A stretch of DNA of 64,000 nt, from NCBI GenBank assembly GCA_963717505.1, contig OY970342.1, positions 3,392,001 through 3,456,000 of the forward strand, written 5' to 3'. Positions 48,279 to 58,196 of this stretch are shown here, in pieces. Position numbers and translations under genes: made by a program. This stretch comes from Candidatus Eiseniibacteriota bacterium (GTDB lineage: Bacteria > Eisenbacteria > RBG-16-71-46). Each line of letters starts with the position of its first letter. The first letter of the stretch is position 1. The notes beneath the pieces were generated by a model. It was not told the DNA's origin, ran no database searches, and worked only from the letters and a program-made list of their open reading frames with translations.

Positions 48279-49607
48279 ATGAACCTGTTCGTCTTCCAGG
48301 CAGTCATTCTGCTGGTCACGATGCTCCCGAGCCACGCCGCGGCGGCGCCTGCCAGCAACACCGCGGTCTCGCAGGCGATCCATGACCTGATCGATTCGGC
48401 CCGCGGCGCGCCGGCCGTGCTCTGCGAGTACGCCGCGCGCTCGCTCCAGTCCGGATGGGGGTGGACGGATGCGCCGGCTTCTCCGCTCGGCGCACGCCGT
48501 CGGGGGTTTCACGAGAGCCAGCTCTCGACCGAGGACATTCGATTCCTGCTCGAGAGCCTCGACAGCCCGGACCCTTGCGTTCGCGAGCTGGCAGTGCGAA
48601 TCGTCGCCGGCGTCGAGCGCGAAGAGGTTACGACCGGGCTCCTGCAACGTCTCGCCTCGAGCGACTCGTCGATCCGGGTGACGGCCAGCCTCGGTCTCGG
48701 AATCGCCGAGCCCAAGCGCGCGGTCGAAGCGTTGATTCGCGCGACGGGAGACGTCTCGCCCAGCGTGCGCGCCAACGCGATCTGGGCTTTGGGCCGAATC
48801 GGAGACTCTCGCGCGGTGGCACCGGCAACCCACTGTCTCGAGGACCGATCGCCGCTCGTGCGCAGGACCGCGGCGGAAACGCTCGGGCACCTCGAGGCGA
48901 CCAGCGCGCTCCCGGCGCTGGTCCGGGCGCTCCAGGGTGACGACGTCGTGTCGGTCCGGCGCGTGGCGGCGTGGGCCATCGTTCAGATCCAGGGGAGCGA
49001 GTCGGCGCAGCACATTTCAGCGGCATTGCGCGACGACAAAGACGCTTCGGTCCGCGAGATGTGCGCATGGGGCCTCGGCAACCTCGACCAGCATTCCGCC
49101 GTGCCCCTGCTGGTGACGGCGGCGAAGAGCGATGTCGACGAAGAGGTGCGCGAAGCCGCGGCTTGGTCCCTGGGTGAGCACGGAGCAGAGTCCGGAGCCA
49201 AGGTGCTCGGCGAACTGGTCGAGCGGGATCGCAGCACCGAGGTGCGGTGCACGGCGGCGTGGGCCCTGGGTCAACTCGGACTGGAATCGGCACCGAAGGG
49301 GTTGATCGCAGCACTCTCCGACCCCGATCCCAAACTTCGACTCACGGCGGCATGGGCGCTCTCGGAGATCGGCGATCCGGCGGCCGTGCCTGCGCTCCGA
49401 ACCGCATTGTCGCGCGAGAAGAACGACCGGGCCCGTAAGGCGGAGGTGCGCGCGCTCATCCACTCGGGGGAGAGCGGGGAACGCCTGACCGAGCTGCTCG
49501 AGTCGGACGATCCCGAAATGCGCAAGATCGCGATCCAGGCGGTCGCGGGCCGGCACGGCATGGAACCGTGGCCCTGGCCGCAACCACGCCCTCGCCCGTT
49601 CCCCTGA
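48279..49607 (+). CDS. Secreted HEAT-repeat protein
   Basis: Signal peptide (..SHAAA), multiple VRxxAAWxLG repeats, tail PWPWPQPRPRPFP. Confidence 0.9.
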   Translation: MNLFVFQAVILLVTMLPSHAAAAPASNTAVSQAIHDLIDSARGAPAVLCEYAARSLQSGWGWTDAPASPLGARRRGFHESQLSTEDIRFLLESLDSPDPCVRELAVRIVAGVEREEVTTGLLQRLASSDSSIRVTASLGLGIAEPKRAVEALIRATGDVSPSVRANAIWALGRIGDSRAVAPATHCLEDRSPLVRRTAAETLGHLEATSALPALVRALQGDDVVSVRRVAAWAIVQIQGSESAQHISAALRDDKDASVREMCAWGLGNLDQHSAVPLLVTAAKSDVDEEVREAAAWSLGEHGAESGAKVLGELVERDRSTEVRCTAAWALGQLGLESAPKGLIAALSDPDPKLRLTAAWALSEIGDPAAVPALRTALSREKNDRARKAEVRALIHSGESGERLTELLESDDPEMRKIAIQAVAGRHGMEPWPWPQPRPRPFP

Positions 49608-49715
49608 CGTCCGCACCCCACCGGGTGCATCCCCGCGGCGGCTGAGGAAGTCGCCGCTGACTGCTATCATCGGCGCGCCATCCAGGATCCCATCCACTCT
49701 CAGGAGGCTGCGCCC

Positions 49716-50876
49716 ATGACGCTCCGCCGGACTTTGCTGGTTGCTCCCCTCATGTTCGGTCTGGCTGCCCCGCTCGCTGCGCAGGATTCGGGCAGTTTCA
49801 TCATCCGCCTCGGCCGCGACACCACCGCCGTCGAGACCTACACGCGCACGGGAACCAAGACGGTCGTCGACCAGGTCGGGCGCGCGCCGCGGGTGCTCAA
49901 GCGGCACTACGAGTTCGAGGTGGGTGCCACCGGGGCGTCGATGCGCGCGAGTGCGGTGATCACCAGCCCGTCGGCCGCTGCCGGCACTGCACCGGTTCAG
50001 CACGTCTCGGTCATCGCCGGGGATTCGCTCAGCGTCGAGTCCCGCCGGGACACCGTCGTCCAGCGGCTGCGCGTCGCCAACGCGGCCGGCCTCGTGCTCA
50101 ACGCCGGCGCGAGCCCGTGGTCGGTGTACGACATGCTCAGCATCCGCCGGACTGCGTCCAAGGCCGACAGCCTGCGACTGCCGATGTACCAGCTTGGCGC
50201 GTCGAGCCTCACCCGGGTCACCGTAGCGGGGCTCGGTCGCGACTCGATCGCCATCCAGACCGAGAACGATCGGTACCACGCGAAAATCGACGCCTCGGGA
50301 CGGATCCAGAACGTAGTTCCGATCTGGGGGACGGTGCGCGTGCACGTCGATCGGGTCAGCAGCGTGGATCTGGCCGCGCTGACCGCGTCGTTCGCGGCGC
50401 GCGAGCAGCAGGGCACCGGGCTCGGGCCGCTCTCGACGCGCGACACGGTGCGCGCGACGGCCGGCGGTGCGTCCCTGTGGATCGACTACGGACGACCGGC
50501 CAAGCGCGGACGTACCATCTTCGGCAACGTGGTCCCGTTTGGCGAGCTGTGGCGCACCGGCGCCAACGCCGCGACTCAGCTCCGTACCGACAAGGCGCTC
50601 GAGCTCGGCGGCGTCACCATTCCTGCGGGGTTCTACTCCCTGTGGACCATTCCATCGGCCGGCGGCTGGAAGCTGATCTTCAATAGCGAAACCGGAATCT
50701 CTGGCACCGCCCACAAGGCGGACAAGGACCTTCACACGGTCGACATGAAGGTGTCGGCGATCCAGGAGCCGGTCGAGCGCTTCACGATCGGAGTCGAGCC
50801 CGGCGCCGGGGGCGGCGTGCTGTACATGGACTGGGACAACACGCGGGCCTCGATCCCGTTCACCGTCAAGCCCTGA
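49716..50876 (+). CDS. Secreted DUF2911 domain protein
   Basis: IDYGRPAKRGRTIFGNVVPFGELWRTGANAAT. Confidence 0.88.
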   Translation: MTLRRTLLVAPLMFGLAAPLAAQDSGSFIIRLGRDTTAVETYTRTGTKTVVDQVGRAPRVLKRHYEFEVGATGASMRASAVITSPSAAAGTAPVQHVSVIAGDSLSVESRRDTVVQRLRVANAAGLVLNAGASPWSVYDMLSIRRTASKADSLRLPMYQLGASSLTRVTVAGLGRDSIAIQTENDRYHAKIDASGRIQNVVPIWGTVRVHVDRVSSVDLAALTASFAAREQQGTGLGPLSTRDTVRATAGGASLWIDYGRPAKRGRTIFGNVVPFGELWRTGANAATQLRTDKALELGGVTIPAGFYSLWTIPSAGGWKLIFNSETGISGTAHKADKDLHTVDMKVSAIQEPVERFTIGVEPGAGGGVLYMDWDNTRASIPFTVKP

Positions 50877-50900
50877 CACATTCCCAGAGAGGAGTAGGAG

Positions 50901-51812
50901 ATGTTCAAACTCTCTCGATTGGCGACACCCGCGGCCGCCCTGCTCGTCGCTAGTTCTGCCCTGGCTCAGTCGCCCGGCATGGACGCATTGTGGCCTAACG
51001 ACGACGGCATGAGTTGGGACTACGCCCAGCACTACGAGAACTTCGAGAAGCCGCAGGTCGTCGACAACCGCACCCGGCTCTCCTTCACCGGCACGACCGT
51101 CGCACCGAATGGAATCCAGGCTCAGTACCTGCATCAGGAACTGATCAGCGGCCCGAGCACCGCGAATGCGTTCAACTCCGACCTGCCCGATCCGTTCCTG
51201 CGTACCCTGTGGGTGGCTCGGCCCGACCTCCGCGGGCGGATCCTGCAAGCGCTCGACGATCTACCGTGTCCCCAGTTCGCACCCCCGGCGTCTTTCGGAA
51301 ACCTGCTCACCGGTGAGCTGGCTTTTCGAAAGGCGCCCGACGAAATCGCAGCCTGGCGCTGCAATCTTCCCGATACCAAGTCTTGGATGTGGCTGGTCTC
51401 GGATCTCACGATCGGCAATCGATTCACACTCCAATTGGTTCCGGACCTGGCGGACGACGTTTTCCTTCATGGGACGATCGCCGCGATCGAAGACGTGACC
51501 GTTCCGGCTGGAACGTTCCTCAGCTGCGTGCGCGTCGACTACGTGATCGACTACGGTACCGGCGAATGCTCCGATTACGGCGGCGATCCCACCGGTAGCT
51601 ACCGTTCGCAGTCCGCGGGCCGCGTCCACTACGCACCCGGCGTGGGACCCGTGGCGAGCTACGAAGAGTTCGTCCCGTTCGCCGAGATCAAGGGGGAATG
51701 CGGGTCGATCGAGGTCGGGTTCGTTGCCTGGCTCGCCTCGCTGCAAATGGAGTCTTCGACGACTCCGGTTCGGCGTTCGACGTGGGGGCAGCTCAAAGCC
51801 ACGTATCGATAG
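50901..51812 (+). CDS. Secreted hypothetical protein with C-terminal TWGQLKATYR motif
   Basis: Signal peptide, VTVPAGTF..C, YAPGVG (DUF3108-like), terminal STWGQLKATYR. Confidence 0.82.
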   Translation: MFKLSRLATPAAALLVASSALAQSPGMDALWPNDDGMSWDYAQHYENFEKPQVVDNRTRLSFTGTTVAPNGIQAQYLHQELISGPSTANAFNSDLPDPFLRTLWVARPDLRGRILQALDDLPCPQFAPPASFGNLLTGELAFRKAPDEIAAWRCNLPDTKSWMWLVSDLTIGNRFTLQLVPDLADDVFLHGTIAAIEDVTVPAGTFLSCVRVDYVIDYGTGECSDYGGDPTGSYRSQSAGRVHYAPGVGPVASYEEFVPFAEIKGECGSIEVGFVAWLASLQMESSTTPVRRSTWGQLKATYR

Positions 51813-51828
51813 GCCTCTTGGGTACGCC

Positions 51829-52578
51829 ATGCTTCTCGACAAGAAAATGGCATTGGTAACAGGAGCCGGAAGCGGCATCGGCCAGGCGATCGCGATCAAG
51901 TTCGCCGAGGAAGGGGCGATCGTCATGGTCTCCGACATCGATGAACAGGGCGGGGCTGCGACCGTGCAACGCATCACGTCGGACGGCGGCAAGGCGAGAT
52001 TCTTCAAAGCTGATACCTCGAAACCCGCCGACAACGAGGCGCTGGTCCAGGAGACGGTCCGGCAGTACGGCGCGCTCCATATCGCGGTCAACAACGCCGG
52101 CATCGGCGGGCCCGCGGCACCCGTCGGGGAGTACCCGATCGATGGGTGGGACAAGGTCATCGCGGTCAACTTGTCCGGCGTCTTCTACGGTATGCGCTAC
52201 CAACTGGACGCCATCAAGGCGGCAGGCGGCGGCGCGATCGTCAACATCGCATCGATCCTCGGACAAGTCGGCTATCGAAGCGCAGCGGCCTACGTGGCGG
52301 CAAAGCATGGGGTGGTGGGACTCACCAAGAACGCCGCGCTCGAATACGCGCCGCACAAGATTCGCGTGAATGTCGTGGGCCCCGGATTCATCCGAACCCC
52401 GCTCGTCGAGAAGAGCCTGACGCCCGAGGTGCTGGGAATGCTCGAGGGCAAGCACGCGCTCGGGCGATTGGGCGAGTCTTCCGAGGTGGCGGAGCTGGTG
52501 CTATGGCTCAGCTCCGACAAGGCCTCGTTCGTAACCGGGGCCTACTACGCGGTCGACGGCGGTTACCTGGCGCAGTAG
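51829..52578 (+). CDS. Short-chain dehydrogenase/reductase
   Basis: TGAGSGIG, NNAG, YVAAK, VDGG. Confidence 0.93.
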   Translation: MLLDKKMALVTGAGSGIGQAIAIKFAEEGAIVMVSDIDEQGGAATVQRITSDGGKARFFKADTSKPADNEALVQETVRQYGALHIAVNNAGIGGPAAPVGEYPIDGWDKVIAVNLSGVFYGMRYQLDAIKAAGGGAIVNIASILGQVGYRSAAAYVAAKHGVVGLTKNAALEYAPHKIRVNVVGPGFIRTPLVEKSLTPEVLGMLEGKHALGRLGESSEVAELVLWLSSDKASFVTGAYYAVDGGYLAQ

Positions 52579-52664
52579 TCGGGTCGCGCGACCCGCGCCG
52601 CAAGGCACCGTGGTGATCGGCACGCGCGAGGAGGCGTGACGACCACCACGCTCGACCAAGGTCG

Positions 52665-55358
52665 CTACTTCAGCCGCACCACCTTCTGCTTCAGTGTTTC
52701 TCCACCCACTTTGACCTGCGCCCAGAAGACGCCCGGCCCGGCGTCACGCCCGCGGTCGTCGCGCCCGTTCCATATCATCTGGTGGTCTCCACCCCCGAGG
52801 TGGCCGATCCGACGCGAGTGGATCATGCGCCCGCGCGCGTCGTAGACCGTCAGCTCCACTGCAGCCGGACGAGCCAAGGTCAGGGCCAGCTCCAGCGAGC
52901 CGGCGAACGGATTGCGCCGCGTCTCGAGCCGGGTGCGGTCGGCCGCGGGCTCGTCCCCGACCGCCACGGTGGTCACGGTCGAATCGCCGGCCATCAGTAC
53001 CGGCGGCGACTTCCCGTGAGCGTTCCACGCGTCGAACATGGCCTGTCCATGGCTGGTGGTGGTGTTCTCGTCGCGCAGGAATTCCATGTAATCCTTGGAC
53101 GTCGTCTGATAGTAGAGACGCGCCACGACTCTGGCGGTTGTCCCCGGCAGGGTGAACGTCGAGGTGTCCCAATTCTGACCGTCCGCGTAGCGCGGCCCGG
53201 GCCGAGTCGGGTCCACCGGCCGGCCTCCGAAATTGTCGAACCCGGCGTTGGTGAACCCCACGGGCGGAATGCGATTGTCCTTGTAGATGGTGTCGTTCAA
53301 CGCAAAGTGGAACGACTCGCCGTGCGCCGCGCCCACCGCGGCCGCGAGCGCGGGGGAGATGCCGAGGTGCGTCTCGTAGACCACTCCACCCTCGTCACGC
53401 GTGAGCACGCCGGTGGCGGCATCGTAGGCCCCCGACTCGTAGATCTTCACGCCGTCCGAGTCGTAGGCGATCACGTTGAGCCACATGCGCCGGCCCTCGG
53501 GGTATCCGGTGGGCAGTTTGTGGCCGGTTCGGTTGGTCACCGTCACGGTCGCGACCCACGACTGATACCCGGGCGCCACCGAGACGTCGACCAGTGACGC
53601 CTTCTGCAGCATGCTCACGGCGCGCGCCGCGCCATCGGCGAGTGCCATGGCGTTGGTTTCGGTGGGGTAGAGTGACGCGATGACCGGTCCGATCCAGGCG
53701 TTGCCGCCCATCATGTCGTGGAGCGGCAGGTCGGGGCGGATCGGCGCCGAGACGTCGTTGCAGCCCTTGCCGTTGACGTCACGCAGGTGGCAATCCTGGC
53801 AGCTCGACACTATGCCGCCCGGCTTGTTCCCCGCGAACTCCGGCGCGTACACGCCACCGGGGAACGCGCTGTTCTTCCATTCGCTGTAGGTGCGCTCGAG
53901 CGGCATCAGCACGGTCGAGCTGACCGAGGTGGCAGCCTGATTGAGCGGACCCGGCACGTAGTCCGCGGTCATCGCCACGCGGTCGAACGCCGGGTTCGAG
54001 ACGTCGTGGCAGGTGCCGCAGAAGTCGCTCGACGCATGGAACGGCGACACCAGATAGGCGTGGGGCGCTGAGGTCACGAACGGTCCGCGCTTGCGCGGCA
54101 GCGGGTCCATCACGAACTGTCCGTTGGAGTACGAGGTCGGCCGATGCGCCGGCAGCATGCCGTTGAGGATGGCTTCGTCCTCGGGAGGGCTCACGCCCGC
54201 CTGATAGTTGGGATCGACCGCGCGGTGGCAGAAGTCGCAGGCCATGCCGTGACGGTCGAAAGCCGTGAGCTGGCTCCCGCTCGTGGGCTGGCTGCGGCCG
54301 CCCAACCAACCGAACGGCGAGTGGCAGCGCAGGCACAAGTCGCCCGAAGAGGGAGCGTCCTGCTCGGCAACGGCCATGGCCGCGTAGAAGAGCGGATCGC
54401 GGGCCGACTGTCCCATCAACATGCCCTCGAAGTTGTGGCCGGGCTCGACCGCGGGGTCGTAGCCCCCGTGGCAATTGACGCACAGGTTCGGGCCGTCGAA
54501 CGTGCCCGCTTCGAGCGGCTGCGATCCGGGCAGCTCGAAGTCGCGGAGGGTGGTCGGCACGATGCCGCCGGACTGCTGGACGATCGTGAACAAGCTGTTG
54601 CTGATGTCCTCGCCCTGGTTGCCGGCAGCGTCGCGCGCCACCACCCGCACCCGGTTGGTCGCGCCCGGCATGTTGTGCACGAACCACAGGAACAGTCCGG
54701 TGTTCGACAGGTTCCTGCCCAGCGGCTTCCACGGCGCACTCTCGGAGTCGCGGAAGTAGACGTCGACCGCCACGACGCCGACGTTGTCAGTGGCCGTCCA
54801 CGTCAGGTTGTGCGCGGTGCCGCCGTTCCAGTTCTCGCCGCCGTTGGGCCCGGTAATCGTGACTACCGGATTCTGCGTGTCGCTGCCCATGGTCGGCACC
54901 AGGTAGCCGAGGATCTCGGCCACGGTCACGTTCGTGACGTTGTTGACGTTGGCGGGGGAGAGCCCAGGGAAGGTGGGCGTGTTCGTGTACGGCGCTCCCG
55001 CGGTGATCTCGGTGCCCTGGGTGTAGCCGTCGGTGTCCGAGTCCTCGTTGGCGACCGACAGAATGCGCGTGGTCAGACAGGCCTGGTCGTTGCCGCCGCA
55101 GGCCGGGGCCTGGTTGATTGCGGCTTCGACCCGCTGGCCATAAAGGTTACGCGTGCCGCCACCGTTGAAATCGTAGTGGCAGGCGCCGCAGTGACCTGAG
55201 TTGCTCGGAAGGTTGTCGAGACGCGTGCCGGTTGCCGAAGGGTAGGCGTTGAAGAAGGCATCGCGGATCTTTGGTCGGGCAAGCGCGGTGGTCGCACTCG
55301 CCGCCAGCAGCACCAGAACCAGCCAGGCGGCCGGAGTAACCCGAAGTGCGGGACGCAT
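52665..55358 (-). CDS. Hexaheme c-type cytochrome with Ig-like domain and FlgD/T9SS-A-like CTD
   Basis: CGACH, CVNCH, CLRCH, CDFCH, CGTCH, CQDCH; TGHKLPTG; CTD NPF..VYDARGR..WNGRD..PGVFW. Confidence 0.9.
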   Translation of the reverse strand: MRPALRVTPAAWLVLVLLAASATTALARPKIRDAFFNAYPSATGTRLDNLPSNSGHCGACHYDFNGGGTRNLYGQRVEAAINQAPACGGNDQACLTTRILSVANEDSDTDGYTQGTEITAGAPYTNTPTFPGLSPANVNNVTNVTVAEILGYLVPTMGSDTQNPVVTITGPNGGENWNGGTAHNLTWTATDNVGVVAVDVYFRDSESAPWKPLGRNLSNTGLFLWFVHNMPGATNRVRVVARDAAGNQGEDISNSLFTIVQQSGGIVPTTLRDFELPGSQPLEAGTFDGPNLCVNCHGGYDPAVEPGHNFEGMLMGQSARDPLFYAAMAVAEQDAPSSGDLCLRCHSPFGWLGGRSQPTSGSQLTAFDRHGMACDFCHRAVDPNYQAGVSPPEDEAILNGMLPAHRPTSYSNGQFVMDPLPRKRGPFVTSAPHAYLVSPFHASSDFCGTCHDVSNPAFDRVAMTADYVPGPLNQAATSVSSTVLMPLERTYSEWKNSAFPGGVYAPEFAGNKPGGIVSSCQDCHLRDVNGKGCNDVSAPIRPDLPLHDMMGGNAWIGPVIASLYPTETNAMALADGAARAVSMLQKASLVDVSVAPGYQSWVATVTVTNRTGHKLPTGYPEGRRMWLNVIAYDSDGVKIYESGAYDAATGVLTRDEGGVVYETHLGISPALAAAVGAAHGESFHFALNDTIYKDNRIPPVGFTNAGFDNFGGRPVDPTRPGPRYADGQNWDTSTFTLPGTTARVVARLYYQTTSKDYMEFLRDENTTTSHGQAMFDAWNAHGKSPPVLMAGDSTVTTVAVGDEPAADRTRLETRRNPFAGSLELALTLARPAAVELTVYDARGRMIHSRRIGHLGGGDHQMIWNGRDDRGRDAGPGVFWAQVKVGGETLKQKVVRLK

Positions 55359-55657
55359 GGGGCACCTCCAATCTCGGGCCTCGCCGGAGCGGAGCCGTCG
55401 CGGAGGTTGATTGAGCATTGGATGTGCCGGCGCGGTGTGGCCGAGGCCCTCGATTCGAGACCCACGCAGAGGGCTATTCCAACGATGGTTCGCGCTGCCA
55501 TCGGCGAGGACCTGGCCGGCCGTCGAGGGAGGGATCCCTGCCATCGGGTCAGGTCGGTGACGCGGGTGGCAGGCGCCGCCTGCACACTGCGAGCGGGCCT
55601 CGGCGTGAGCCGACCTCTCTTGCCCGCGCTCCCGGTCGTGGCCATAGTCTAATGGTC

Positions 55658-56998
55658 ATGATTCGGTCCGCGTCCCAATACCTCGATCTTGCCGCTCGCC
55701 TGATTCGTGGCCAGCCCACGGGCGAGGCCCTCATCCGCTATCAGAGCCAGCGGTTACGCCGGCTGGTTCACCATGCGTATGAACGGGTGCCCCACTATCG
55801 GCGACTGTTCGACCAGCACGGGGTCAAGCCGCACGACATTCGTGGCGTTCAGGACCTGTCGAAGATCCCGATCACCACTCGCCGGGATCTGCAGTCGCTG
55901 CCCGTGGAACAAGTCGTCGCGCGCGGGGTCGACGCCGGGCGCATGGAGGTCCACCGCACCGCGGGCTCGAGCGGCGAGCCGTTCACGGTCCGTCGCACGC
56001 TCGCCGAGGACCGTTTTCTGTTCGCGCTGCGCTTGCGCGCGTTCCATCAGATGGGTTGGCGGCCGAGTGACCGCTGGGCCCACGTCGCCTCGCTGCGACC
56101 TACCACGGCGCGAACCGGCTTCGTCAACTCCGTGCTCAAGCGCTTCGGCTCGTTCCGCCCTCGTGGTTTCAACTGCACCGGTCCGCTCGAAGAGATCATC
56201 CCGGCGCTGCGCGAGTACCGGCCCGACGTGATCACCGGCTATCCCAACGCCCTGGCGCGCCTGGCGCTCATGCTCACCGACGACGATCGTCGCGTGATCC
56301 GACCACGTCTGATCGTGAGCGAGTCCGAAGTCCTGGCGCCGATCATGCGTGAGCACATCCGCAAGGGATTCGCGGCGCCGACTTACGAGATCTACGCGAG
56401 CTGGGAGTTCAACGTGCTCGGTTGGGAGTGCGCGTCGAGCGGTGAGCTACACACCTGCCCTGACACGGTCCTGCTCGAAATCCTGGCCGATGGCCGGCCG
56501 GCAGCCGAAGGCGAACGCGGGGAAGTGGTCGGCACCGCGCTCCATTCGTTCGGCATGCCGCTGATCCGCTACCGGCTCGGCGACGTCGTCACCCGGGGTC
56601 GTGACGCGTGCGCCTGCGGGCGCTCGTTTTCCACGATCCGTGCGGTGCAGGGTCGCATGCTCGACTTCTTCCCGCTGCCGGATGGTCGGGTCCTCCATCC
56701 ATACGAGATCTCGCGGCACTTCATCTACGGGACCTCACCGATCGTGAGTCAATACCAGCTCACCCAGGAGCGTAAGGATCACATGGTGCTGCGGGTCGTG
56801 CCTTCGCCCTCGGCCCCCCCCGACGCGTTTACGACCTTGCGCGAGCGGCTGGGCGAGCTGCTCGGCCCGCGGGTGACGATCAATATCGTCGTGGTCGACG
56901 GGATTCCATCGGAGCCGAGCGGCAAGTATCGCGTGGCGCGCTCCCTCGTGGCCTCGATGTACGATCAGAGCGCCACCGCCGACGAAAGGGGCCGTTGA
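55658..56998 (+). CDS. Phenylacetate-CoA ligase (PaaK/CapK)-like adenylating enzyme
   Basis: LVHHAYERVPHY, TAGSSGEP, YASWE, PLIRYRLGD, QGR. Confidence 0.88.
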   Translation: MIRSASQYLDLAARLIRGQPTGEALIRYQSQRLRRLVHHAYERVPHYRRLFDQHGVKPHDIRGVQDLSKIPITTRRDLQSLPVEQVVARGVDAGRMEVHRTAGSSGEPFTVRRTLAEDRFLFALRLRAFHQMGWRPSDRWAHVASLRPTTARTGFVNSVLKRFGSFRPRGFNCTGPLEEIIPALREYRPDVITGYPNALARLALMLTDDDRRVIRPRLIVSESEVLAPIMREHIRKGFAAPTYEIYASWEFNVLGWECASSGELHTCPDTVLLEILADGRPAAEGERGEVVGTALHSFGMPLIRYRLGDVVTRGRDACACGRSFSTIRAVQGRMLDFFPLPDGRVLHPYEISRHFIYGTSPIVSQYQLTQERKDHMVLRVVPSPSAPPDAFTTLRERLGELLGPRVTINIVVVDGIPSEPSGKYRVARSLVASMYDQSATADERGR

Positions 56999-56999
56999 T

Positions 57000-58196
57000 T
57001 TGCGGATTGCCTACCTCACCGACGGGTTCCCCTATCCCCTGACCAGCGGGCTGCTGCGTCACTACCACTTCATCCGCGAGCTGTCCCGGCGGCATCAGGT
57101 GACGCTCTTGTCGCTGGCCGAACAGGAGGCGACTGATGAGCAACGTGGAGCCTTGCAAGCGATCACGACCGACACCCTGACGTTTCCGTTCGAGCCCAGG
57201 CCGGGGTCGTTCGCGCGGCGTGCGATGCGGCAGTTGATGGCGCGGAATCCCTACGACTCGGCGGTCGAGCGCATGGGGGAGACCCTGGCTCGGATGGTTC
57301 GAGAGCATGCGTGCGATGTGGTCTTCTATTCGGGCATACGCACCACGCCGGTGCTCGAGCACGTGAAGCACGTTCCCGTGATCGTGGATCTGTGCGATTC
57401 GACCTGGGTGCGGCTGCGCTCGCGCCTGCCGAATCTCCCCCTGGGCCGGTGGCCGGTCGTGCTCCTCTACCATGCTCATGCGCGTCGCGTGGAAACACAT
57501 CTGCTGCGGCGGGCGACCCATGCGCTGTTGGCTGCGCCGCGCGACCTCGAGGCACTCGGTCGTGACGCGGAGGGAAAAGCGAGCGTGGTTCCCAACGGGG
57601 CGGACCTCGAGTACTGGCGGCGCACCTCGTCCGCCCGCGGAACGGGTACCATCGTGTTCACCGGCGCCATGCACTACCGGCCCAACGTGGACGCGGCCCG
57701 GTACTTGATCGAGCAGATCTTTCCCGAGGTCCAGCGGGCGATTCCCGAAGCCCGGCTGCTGGTGGTCGGCCGCGACCCACCTCGGGCGCTTCAGGCCGCG
57801 GCGCGCCGGCCGGGCGTCACCGTGACCGGTTTCGTGCCGGACATGAGACCCTACCTCGAGCAGGCCACGGTGTTCGCCGCGCCGATCCGGTTTGGCGCCG
57901 GCATCCAGAACAAGCTGCTCGAGGCCATGGCCATGGAGCTGCCGATCGTCGCTTCGCCGATCGCGTTCGACGGACTGCGTACTCAGGCCGGCGATGCACC
58001 TCCGATCGTGGTGGCCACCGACCGGGTGGGCTTCGCCCGCGAGCTGGTGAAGCTGCTGGAGGAGGGACGCCGCGATCGGACACCGCGACGTGACGTGCGC
58101 TGCTACGTGGAACGTCACTTTCTTTGGCGGGCGAGTGGCGACGCCCTGGAGAAGGTCTTGAGTCACGTCACCCACGACCGGCGAGCTGTATCATGA
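57000..58196 (+). CDS. GT4 glycosyltransferase
   Basis: VVPNGAD, FTGAMHYRPNVDA, GAGIQNKLLEAMA. Confidence 0.9.
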   Translation: MRIAYLTDGFPYPLTSGLLRHYHFIRELSRRHQVTLLSLAEQEATDEQRGALQAITTDTLTFPFEPRPGSFARRAMRQLMARNPYDSAVERMGETLARMVREHACDVVFYSGIRTTPVLEHVKHVPVIVDLCDSTWVRLRSRLPNLPLGRWPVVLLYHAHARRVETHLLRRATHALLAAPRDLEALGRDAEGKASVVPNGADLEYWRRTSSARGTGTIVFTGAMHYRPNVDAARYLIEQIFPEVQRAIPEARLLVVGRDPPRALQAAARRPGVTVTGFVPDMRPYLEQATVFAAPIRFGAGIQNKLLEAMAMELPIVASPIAFDGLRTQAGDAPPIVVATDRVGFARELVKLLEEGRRDRTPRRDVRCYVERHFLWRASGDALEKVLSHVTHDRRAVS

